A DNA stretch of 64,000 nt. Origin: a virus. The notes beneath the pieces are model-generated. The model was not told the origin of the DNA and searched no databases. It saw only the letters and a list, made by a program, of their open reading frames with translations. This document shows, piece by piece, positions 27,544 through 35,962 of the stretch. The position numbers and the translations under genes were made by a program. The DNA is taken from IMG/VR virus record IMGVR_UViG_3300022745_000018, positions 32,001 to 96,000 of that record; one strand, 5' to 3'. Positions within the stretch are counted from its first letter, which is position 1. Each line of letters starts with the position of its first letter.

Positions 27544-28735
27544 AGAAACTGACGATTATCTAAGATTCATAGAAGAATGTATAGAACCAAACGAACATTG
27601 TGAAAAACATCACATATATCCAAAATCGATATTTGGTGACAATTCCTTCATAAAGAAGCTGTCATATAAAGATCACTTCTTTGCTCATTATTTGTTGGTT
27701 AAGCTATATGAAGCCGCTGGGATGAAATCTGAATACTTGAAGATGTCAAAAGCATTCTTTTCTTTCATTCGCTGCAATGAATATCGGTTATCTGAAATAT
27801 CATCGTATTCGGATGATGACATCACTGTGTTAGGGTGTCTATTTGAGGAAGCGAAAATTGAAAACTCTAAATCTTCAAACGGCGAAAACAATCCTTTTTA
27901 TGGTAAATCCCATTCGCCGGAAACTATTGAGAAAATACTGAATACAAAGAAGACACGTAATTCAATGAAATTTTGGACAAATGAGAAGAAAAAACGTCTA
28001 AGCGAAGTCCTCAAATCTCTACAAAATAAAAAGGTCATTTGGGTCACGAATGTTGAGACTAGAGAGAATCGTAGAGTATCTGAAAACGATCTTAACAACA
28101 TTTCAGATGAATGGGTTCTTGGTAGATATACATCAGATGAAGAGCGTCTGCACAGATCATACTCAGCCAAGGAATCCTCACATAATCTAACTTACGAATG
28201 GGTTCGCCGTGGAGATGAGCATGAATGGAGTGGCACCAAACACATAAAGTCGCTAGAGACTGGTGAAAATAGACGTCTAAAGATCAGTGATGAAATACCC
28301 AGTGGGTTTGTGTTAGGGCTCAATTTTTCGCAGTCTCATTTGGATAATCTTAGAATGGCGGCAAGTAAACGTAGAGGTAGACCACAACCTCACGTAATTG
28401 AGATCAATAAAAATCCATCCAAGATAAAGAAGACAGCTGATAAAAATCGCGGCACTACTCGCACAGAAAGTCAGAAATTAAAAATGAGTCTTGGGAGAAG
28501 AAAGTTTATCGCGAACGGGGGCAAAGCTTCGACTGCTGGTACGAAAAGATTGTTCAACAAATTATCTAAGAAGTTCGTATATGTACCTGCGAATGAAGTC
28601 TCCAATTCAATGAAAGAGAATTTGAATCTAACTGATGAAGCAGTAAGATTGGCGACGAACATGAATGGTGATAGATTGTATGTCTGTCAAACGGAAACAT
28701 TACCCAATGGATTTGAATATGTTCTTAGAAAATAA
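27512..28735 (+). mobile_element. Free-standing HNH homing endonuclease with NUMOD3-type repeats
   Basis: EKHHIYPKS...DHFFAHYLL; NPFYGKSHSPETIEKI; lies between IntN1 and IntC1, overlapping both. Confidence 0.85.
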
Positions 28736-29039
28736 TGAATGGGAAGTTTTGACGGATGAAGGGTGGTCCGATTTTTCGGCTCTGAAGATAGGTCGGGGTG
28801 CATTCGTATCAATATCTTTCTCCAATCAAGAAAGCATAAGAGTCACCGCCGATCATTTGTTGATGACGGCTGATGGGTGGGTTGCTGCAAAAAACATCAA
28901 TGTTGGTGATAATGTAAAGTCCATAGATGGCTTCATCGATGTCATTTCAATAAATGATGGTGGCGAAGGTGAGACTTTCGATTTAGTCGGTGTAAAGAAG
29001 AATTCTAGGTATTTTACGAATGATGTTCTGTCACATAAT
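28719..29039 (+). other. Split intein 1, C-fragment
   Basis: VLTDEGWSDF, TADH, TFDL, ends SHN before Cys+1 at 29040. Confidence 0.9.
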
Positions 29040-29411
29040 TGCGACGAATTTGCCCACTTGGCTCCAAAATTAGCAGAAGAGTTTATTGCATCGGTTTTCC
29101 CGACGATCTCGTCGTCAATGGAATCGAAGCTGATTATCGTATCCACGCCAAAGGGTATGAATCAGTTTTACAAACTGTGGGTAGATGCTGAGAATGGGAA
29201 GAATGGCTTCATAACGGTTGAGGGTAAGTGGAGAGAACATCCCAAGAGAAACCAGAAATGGGCGGATGAGCAATTAGCAATTCTCGGGCCCGTCAAGTAC
29301 AAGCAAGAAGTGGAATGTCTTTGGGGAAAATCCAAAATAACATTAAGAGATGTTGTGACAGGGGAAATCTTGAATGTGTCTTTAGAAGAAGCATATGATC
29401 TAATTTGTTAA
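28719..29411 (+). CDS. gp17: Large terminase fragment 2: C-intein 1 (107 aa) + 92-aa middle extein + N-intein 2 (31 aa)
   Basis: TADH (block B), VLSHN|CDEFAH, VSTPKG.N.FY, QEVE|CLWGKS..TGEI. Confidence 0.92.
   Translation: MFLENNEWEVLTDEGWSDFSALKIGRGAFVSISFSNQESIRVTADHLLMTADGWVAAKNINVGDNVKSIDGFIDVISINDGGEGETFDLVGVKKNSRYFTNDVLSHNCDEFAHLAPKLAEEFIASVFPTISSSMESKLIIVSTPKGMNQFYKLWVDAENGKNGFITVEGKWREHPKRNQKWADEQLAILGPVKYKQEVECLWGKSKITLRDVVTGEILNVSLEEAYDLIC
29316..29408 (+). other. Split intein 2, N-fragment (31 aa)
   Basis: CLWGKSKITLRDVVTGEILNVSLEEAYDLIC. Confidence 0.88.
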
Positions 29412-29430
29412 ATACAAACAAAAAGATCAT

Positions 29431-30448
29431 ATGAGAGAACATACTTACATTGGAAATTTGCTTCGTAGTAGATATATTATAGTCGATGAATCGTATCTAA
29501 ATGAATATGTTGATTTGTGTTTATCAAAGGCTCTACCAACAAAGATTAGATTTGAAACGGAATGCCACCACATTCTACCTAAATGCAATAGGGCATTTCC
29601 TGAATTTAGAAAAGCAAAGTGGAATTTAGTTCACTTACGATTCGCTGATCACGTTCACGCTCACTATTTGTTGTATAAAGCAACACGTGCTGCAGAATTT
29701 GCCGCGGCGATGGTGTTTACTCTTGGCAATAGTTGCGCGTTTCCAAGAACTGATGCTGAATTGCTGGATATATTACCGATCATTGAGAAAATATGAATAC
29801 TCGCTATTCATGAATAGCGAGAGAAACCCTAACATTGGCTCAAAACGTTCGCTAGAGACCAAATTGAAAATGTCCATTGCACAAAAGGGTGTCAAGAGAG
29901 AATATGTAAAACGTATTTGGGTTCATAACTACATCGAAGATAAGATGGTGCAGGATGTTGAATTAAACGATTACATAAATGCTGGTTGGCAATTTGGCCG
30001 CACCGAAGCAACAAGAATGAAACTAGCAGACAGTAAATTAGGGACAAAGGACTCGGATGAGACTAGAATTAGAAAAAGTTTGGCGCAAAGCAAATATGCA
30101 AATTCCAGCGGTTCACACTTAAAGACATCTGAGTTTAGAGAATACCGCCGTAACATGTTCATTAAAAATAACCCATCATCATCTATGGAGGCGAGAGATA
30201 AAATTTCTGCTCGGATGAGAAAGCGCTGGGGTAATGATGATTATAGATCAAAAATGAGTGAAATGTTCTCTAACATAAACACGGGAAGTAAATTTTTCTA
30301 TAACATAGAAACAAAGGAATTTCGTAGATTTAAGCTAACAGACGAAATTCCACCAGGATTTCAAGATGCAACAGGTAAAACGCATTGGGTTAAAGATCAA
30401 AACGGAAAACGATTGAAAGTCATCGATGAAACGAAATTCACGGTTTGA
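29431..30448 (+). mobile_element. Second HNH/NUMOD3 homing endonuclease, in two frames (+1 shift near 29790)
   Basis: 29431-29796 has ECHHILPK...NLV.L..DH..AHYLL; 29687-30448 has SLETKLKMS / ETRIRKS repeats. Confidence 0.75.
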
Positions 30449-30737
30449 AATTCATGGCCCGCGTGGTTGGTGCAAGTTCGATGGGATTCGAAGAAAGAAG
30501 TCTTCGTCTTTATTAAAAATAGTTTTTGAAGATGGGGCACCATTAGTGTGCACTCGTGATCACCGATTCTTTATTGATGGCAAATTCATACAAGCCGCTA
30601 AAGTGCAAACCGGTAAGGAGATGAACGGGCGTGTTGTTCATGAAGTCGTGCCCATTGATGAATCGATGAGCGTCTACGACCCGGTTAACGTCGCTGATGG
30701 CAATGCGTATATTGCGGATTGTGTTGTTAACCACAAT
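30426..30737 (+). other. Split intein 2, C-fragment
   Basis: Ends HN before Cys+1 at 30738. Confidence 0.9.
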
Positions 30738-31562
30738 TGCAGTTTCGTCGGTTCGTCGAAGACACTGATTGATGGTGACAAGATTGCTCAGATCCCATTC
30801 ATTGAACCTTTACATGAAACGACCGACAACTTGAAGATGTATGAGGCGTCAATCCAAGGTCATTCGTATGTCTGTGCGGTTGACGTCTCTAGAGGTCAAC
30901 ACTTAGATAGTTCAGCGTTCATTATCTATGATGTGACGGTGATGCCATATAAGATCGTTGCTACGTTCAAGAATAATACGATATCCACACTGACTTACCC
31001 GTTCATGATCATCAATACATGTAAAGCATACAACGATGCCTACTGTCTGGTTGAGATCAATGATGCTGGTGGTGAAGTCGCCAATTCCATCTTCTACGAT
31101 AGTGAATATGCCAATGTCTATTGGACTCATAAGGACGACTTGGTAGAAGGTCTTGGATACCCTGGAGTTCGTTCCACGAAACGTGTAAAGGGCGTCGGTT
31201 GTTCAGTCTTGAAAGAATTGGTGGAACAGAACCAATTGATCGTGAATTCATATGACATCATCAATGAAATGAACAACTTCATTGCCAAGGGTGCATCGTA
31301 TGCAGCCGACGATACTCAGATCAATGATGACTTGATGACGTGTCTTTGGTTATTTGCGTGGCTGACAAAGCAACCGATGTTTGCTGACATCACCAATACG
31401 AACATCAGAGCAGTTCTGAATAGAAAGTATGAGGATTCTATTCTGGAAAGTCTGATTCCGTTTGGATACATTACTGATGGGACGGAAGAAAGTGCAGATC
31501 CAGTGACACACTTGGATCAGATGCGAACACCTGACCCAATGAAAGATTGGTTGTTAGGGTAA
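30426..31562 (+). CDS. gp17: Large terminase fragment 3: C-intein 2 (104 aa) + nuclease domain (274 aa)
   Basis: TRDH, VYDPVNV, VNHN|CSFVGSSKTLI, VDVSRG..DSS, VEIND.G, NDDLM. Confidence 0.93.
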   Translation: MKRNSRFEIHGPRGWCKFDGIRRKKSSSLLKIVFEDGAPLVCTRDHRFFIDGKFIQAAKVQTGKEMNGRVVHEVVPIDESMSVYDPVNVADGNAYIADCVVNHNCSFVGSSKTLIDGDKIAQIPFIEPLHETTDNLKMYEASIQGHSYVCAVDVSRGQHLDSSAFIIYDVTVMPYKIVATFKNNTISTLTYPFMIINTCKAYNDAYCLVEINDAGGEVANSIFYDSEYANVYWTHKDDLVEGLGYPGVRSTKRVKGVGCSVLKELVEQNQLIVNSYDIINEMNNFIAKGASYAADDTQINDDLMTCLWLFAWLTKQPMFADITNTNIRAVLNRKYEDSILESLIPFGYITDGTEESADPVTHLDQMRTPDPMKDWLLG

Positions 31563-31575
31563 CGAGTACCCTAAC
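31553..31575. terminator. Hairpin between convergent genes
   Basis: GTTAGGGTA-N5-TACCCTAAC. Confidence 0.55.
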
Positions 31576-31580
31576 TTGGT

Positions 31581-32000
31581 TTAGGCTGTAGTTTCTTCAG
31601 CCATCAATGCAGCCAGTTCGGCCTGCAACTCATCGATGGTTTTGGTACCCAGCGATTCATTGCGTTTGGTTTCGATCAATTCCATGATCTTCTGTGCAGA
31701 AGCATTGCGATGGGCACGACGTTCAGCAGTGACTTTCTCGGCTTTCTTGATCTCGATGATCTCTTTCAAGACATCAAGAGCGATAGCCGATTCACGGTCA
31801 ACTTTCGTCGGTTCACCAGTGACGAACGAAGGAACCTCAGCGTCTTTGCGCTTCTTGAAGATTTCCATTGCAATGGAATCCAAACTGACACGACCACCTG
31901 AAGCAGTCAACGGCAGATCAAACAGATCTTCAACGGTCAAGATGCCTTTGGTTGTCGCAAAGCGAAGTTTCAAACGGGCTGCTTGCAAAAATACATTCAT
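31581..32000 (-). CDS. Hypothetical phage protein
   Basis: AARLKLRF.T.KG.LTVEDLFDLPL; AGGAG SD; coupled to upstream large gene. Confidence 0.7.
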   Translation of the reverse strand: MNVFLQAARLKLRFATTKGILTVEDLFDLPLTASGGRVSLDSIAMEIFKKRKDAEVPSFVTGEPTKVDRESAIALDVLKEIIEIKKAEKVTAERRAHRNASAQKIMELIETKRNESLGTKTIDELQAELAALMAEETTA

Positions 32001-32010
32001 GATAAACTCC

Positions 32011-34055
32011 TTAGAAAGTTACATTAAGTTCACGTGTGATGGTTCCATTGACCCGGACCCGAAGGGTATTGCGTTGTGTAGACGAGAAGCCTACACCAGA
32101 TAATTGATCACCCTCTGGGTTGATCTTGTTATTAGCGCCAAGTAATTCGAATACTCGGCGGTGCTGATTCAAATCCTCTCGGACGTACTCGTTATAGAAT
32201 CCACGGACAGGTTCATCTGTCTTGCATCCATCAAGAATGTGTGTTTATTACCGATCCCACCGCCATCTTTCCAATGGTTAGGCGAATTCAGAACAAATTT
32301 CACAGGAACGAACTGATTTGTGTTGATTCCCCAGACCGTCTTGACTGAAGATGAACTCTTCAAGACTGGTTTTACCGTCAAGTTTCCAGATTGATCTTTG
32401 ATGATATTGGCGACATGGATATCACCATGTACACGTTGGTCATGGGTAAACGTTGTCACTTGGCCGCCAATTTCAATTTCAACGACGAAACCAATGTCTT
32501 GGTTGCTGCGGCGGTGGTACTGATTGACGACCAACTTATATTCACCTGGGCGCATTCTTGAACTGTTTTTGTAGACGATATTTTCGCATGGATCTTTTCT
32601 GATACCATCGATGCCATTCGCATCTACATCAAGCATGCCGCCATTCGCAGATAGTGCACGGCGATTACCGAAATAGACGTGACCGTAGTCGTAATTGCGT
32701 TTCGCATTTCCATTGACTTCTTCATACATGTGGAAGTCCAAGTCGTCTTCATTGAACCATGCAAGGCGACACATCAGATCTCCTTCAACTGCACCACCAG
32801 CGGCTTTGACACGTTCTTTGATCGAGTCCGTGACATCGCCTTTGTATGCCCAGCTGAATTTATTGTCCCACTTGAAGATATTCCCAGCGGTTGGATCGGA
32901 TGGTGCAACCAATGTCATCAGATTGGCCGCTTGTTTGTTCTCGATAAGAACTTCCAAGGATTTCGTTCCGGGTAGGACATTCTCAATGAATTTCTCAATC
33001 GAGATGGTTTCGATACCAGACACGGTTGCCTTTGCCTTGACTGCTTTGGTTGGAGCCAAGTCATCGAAAGCATTCTGAGAGATCTTCTTCGCGGCCCGTG
33101 ATGCACGCCAAATAACGTCATTGACAGACAAGTCACTCTCAATAGCGAGACGGCGATCAAAAGCAGTTGCGATTCCGAGATCGTTCACGACTTTCTTTGC
33201 AGCATCAATCTGCTTTTTGGTCACGATGGCGACTGGTCGTTTGTAGTTCGCAGGAGCCATTACTGCTTCGTATTTTCGCACAGCGACTTCCAAATCGACG
33301 TCGTTAGAAACGTCAATCAGGAATGTACCAACTGCAGTGTTACGAAGACGTGTAACTGCGGGAATTAGTTTCCCGACTTTCATCCATGCAAAGATCTTCA
33401 GATCTTCGGATTTGTTCGCTGCTTTCTGCAGATCGCGGAATGCTTTGACCGCACCAAGATATTCATCACCGCGGTACAGAGAACCTTGATTGGTCAATTC
33501 AATGAATGTATCCAGTGAGTCTGGTGTAAGTTCTGTCAGACCACGATAGAATACATCGAAGGTAGATTTGAATTCACCAGACAATGTACCGATGCTGCTA
33601 GATGGTGCAACCATGAAAGGTGGCAGATTCAGATGAAAGTGGTCCCAACGTTTAGGTTCACCAGAAACAGTTGCTTCAAATGATTTGTCGGTACCAACAG
33701 TCTTCTCGAAATGGAGAAACTTACCAACGATCGTGCCAGAACGGACAAGATCCGCCATTGCTTGTGCGACTTCTTTGTAGAACCCAATGTCGGATTCCGC
33801 TGCACCATCCCAAATCGTCTGAATTTTTCCATTGACGATAGAAACCATGCCACCGATCGTGCGAATAAAATGCTTGCAGCAAGAACAATCGTGCTGAGTG
33901 CGTTCACGATAGATTGGATTTGAACCTTCAGGGAATGACTTCAGATATGTGTTCCAAAGATCATCTCCACTAATGCTAGTTTCAAAAGCATTCTCGCTCT
34001 TGATCATTTCTGCAAATTGCTTAGCAACTGCATTTTTCAAATTCACAAAATTCAT
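32011..34055 (-). pseudogene. Large phage protein with frameshift near 32235
   Basis: 628-aa ORF (HDCSCC, W...DDLDFH, LDVDAN) continues in another frame DGCKTDEPVRGFYNEY...LSGVGFSST to TAA at 32011. Confidence 0.7.
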
Positions 34056-34070
34056 AATGAAAATTCCTTT

Positions 34071-34298
34071 TTAGGAGTTATTGGTTTTTCGACGGAAGCT
34101 GACGAAAGAATTGGAACCCAACACAATTTCCATCTCTGTGTTGTAGTACTGAATCACAACATTCACTTTACCGTATTGTGTAGTGATGCTCTTGATTTTG
34201 TAGAAGACTGTTTCTGGGAATGTATCTGCCGTAGTGATCGCGAGGAAGTCGCGAGGTTTCAAGTCGATAGCATCACCATTCATTACTTCGTAAGACAT
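34071..34298 (-). CDS. Hypothetical protein
   Basis: ORF with AAGGA SD. Confidence 0.55.
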   Translation of the reverse strand: MSYEVMNGDAIDLKPRDFLAITTADTFPETVFYKIKSITTQYGKVNVVIQYYNTEMEIVLGSNSFVSFRRKTNNS

Positions 34299-34397
34299 GA
34301 TTTCCTTTCAGCGATCAGATATCCGATAGCAAGCAGAGAAATGAAAATTACTGCACAATCAATGTAATCCATGATAGTTTCCTTTGTCGATGGATGA

Positions 34398-34424
34398 ATT
34401 GTATTCGCGGTACCTTTATGTGGT
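34398..34424 (-). promoter_or_regulatory. Class-2 promoter ACCACA-N15-TACAAT
   Basis: One of 10 copies of AC(C/T)ACA-N15-TAnAAT. Confidence 0.65.
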
Positions 34425-34670
34425 TGTTTGCAGTACTTGACAGAATGCAACAACATTTTCCCATTGGATTGAATCCGCTTGACTTGCTGAATAGACCGTC
34501 ATGTGTTCAACTGGGTAACGATGTTTTCGCTGCCATGCATGGAGAATACAAAACTTGCTACCTAAGTAGATAGAGTGCGGTTGTTTTCCATGTGTTTCAA
34601 TCCAGAGTGGGCTTGAGTCTGGGTACCAAATATTTGTGTTCATATTAACGAATGTCCGGATCTGTTTCAA
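34416..34670 (-). CDS. Hypothetical protein
   Basis: Co-oriented small ORF; start uncertain. Confidence 0.4.
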   Translation of the reverse strand: MKQIRTFVNMNTNIWYPDSSPLWIETHGKQPHSIYLGSKFCILHAWQRKHRYPVEHMTVYSASQADSIQWENVVAFCQVLQTTT

Positions 34671-34926
34671 ATTTGGGTTTGTTGATCATGTCCTTCGTGA
34701 TCGCGACGATCGCCAGCCAATTAACCGACACACCAATCACAATCAGATACAAAATCGATAGAGATTTGAAAAGTTCATGTAACGCTTCATCACCAACAAA
34801 GAAAGTGATGAGGAACCAGATGAATGAAACCGAAGATAGTCCAATCGAAACGGCAATCAAGATGATCAGAAATCCAGCGAAAGTCGTTAGACAGTCATTG
34901 ATCGAATCCAATGAGATGTACTTCAT
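34645..34926 (-). CDS. 2-TM membrane protein
   Basis: Two hydrophobic helices; ends INKPKFE. Confidence 0.55.
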   Translation of the reverse strand: MKYISLDSINDCLTTFAGFLIILIAVSIGLSSVSFIWFLITFFVGDEALHELFKSLSILYLIVIGVSVNWLAIVAITKDMINKPKFETDPDIR

Positions 34927-35210
34927 GATTGAATGTTCCTGGTTATTTCAAGTTTTGGTTTGTTGATTGCAGATTTCACGATCCAAATGAACCCAATCCC
35001 ACACAATGTGGAGAAATTCAACAGTATGTAAGACACTAACAAAGACGCGAAGAATTTATATTCAGCTTCGTTGCTAGGTTGTAGAAACTGCAATAAGGAT
35101 CCCGCCGAGAAAACTAACGTAAGTAAGCTTGCGCCGACACTCAATAGAAATAATGTCATCTCAGTACGATCCAAGATCACGTTAAGCTTGCAATGAGTAT
35201 CGTGCTTCAT
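34923..35210 (-). CDS. 2-TM membrane protein (paralog-like of previous)
   Basis: Two hydrophobic helices; INKPKLE; ATGA overlap. Confidence 0.55.
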   Translation of the reverse strand: MKHDTHCKLNVILDRTEMTLFLLSVGASLLTLVFSAGSLLQFLQPSNEAEYKFFASLLVSYILLNFSTLCGIGFIWIVKSAINKPKLEITRNIQS

Positions 35211-35419
35211 AGAATCCTCGTTACGGTTAGTGGGTTAGATACTTTAGGCAAATTCGCAGATTCGCCTATCCGCAGTTTTGATGCAGATTCGCGATCGTTC
35301 TGAGAGAATCCGAGTAGATCGGACATCCAAGACAGATCATGAATCTGGTCGTTCGTATTGATGTAACCTTCCTTCCAAGTAAACTTGAAAAGTTTGGTTG
35401 CGAATTGAGCAGTATTCAT
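35207..35419 (-). CDS. Hypothetical protein
   Basis: Overlapping start/stop coupling. Confidence 0.5.
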   Translation of the reverse strand: MNTAQFATKLFKFTWKEGYINTNDQIHDLSWMSDLLGFSQNDRESASKLRIGESANLPKVSNPLTVTRIL

Positions 35420-35820
35420 TATGCACCGAAGCTGTAATTTGTGACTTTTTCTTTACCGATTTCTTTTGCAAAGAAGTCCAAGTCACATTTGAATTTCTGA
35501 TCGCCAAGTTTGTAGACGGCTTTTGTACTGGAAGTCATGCCACAGAAGATCACTTTCTTTCCTCTGTAGATGAATTCTTTTCCGCAATCTGCTTGGGTGA
35601 GACCGTAGACCCAGCCATAACGATTGGTTTTCAATGCATGTTCTGGGTTAACGTCGTTTCCGTAGACTTCAGCTTCACCCATCGTGCAGGTGAATTTGAA
35701 TTGTGTTTCGGAGTACGTAACATTGAATGGCGAAACTTTCAAATCGTTTTCTTTTGCGAAATTGGCCAGAACGATTTTCAGTTCGTTGCGCAATTTTTCA
35801 ATACGGTTCTTGTCAATCAT
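35419..35820 (-). CDS. Hypothetical protein
   Basis: GGAG SD, downstream of class-2 promoter. Confidence 0.6.
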   Translation of the reverse strand: MIDKNRIEKLRNELKIVLANFAKENDLKVSPFNVTYSETQFKFTCTMGEAEVYGNDVNPEHALKTNRYGWVYGLTQADCGKEFIYRGKKVIFCGMTSSTKAVYKLGDQKFKCDLDFFAKEIGKEKVTNYSFGA

Positions 35821-35852
35821 TTGAATTCTCCGGTTTGTTTGTCGATGGTTGA

Positions 35853-35879
35853 ATTTTATAACACCATCAATCATGTAGT
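35853..35879 (-). promoter_or_regulatory. Class-2 promoter ACTACA-N15-TAAAAT
   Basis: Repeat motif followed by shared leader TCAACCATCGACAAA. Confidence 0.65.
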
Positions 35880-35962
35880 CATTTTAGATTCTTGACTGTT
35901 TTGTTTCCAGGATTTCTGTCCATTAAATTGACAATAACAAATGACTCTTGTGTAGGAACTAC

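Noticed and set aside
27406-30737. Group I introns interrupting terL
   Set aside because: Each break is bordered by protein-level intein motifs (Cys1; TxDH; HN-Cys) and the endonuclease ORFs fill the gaps, leaving no room for a ribozyme core.
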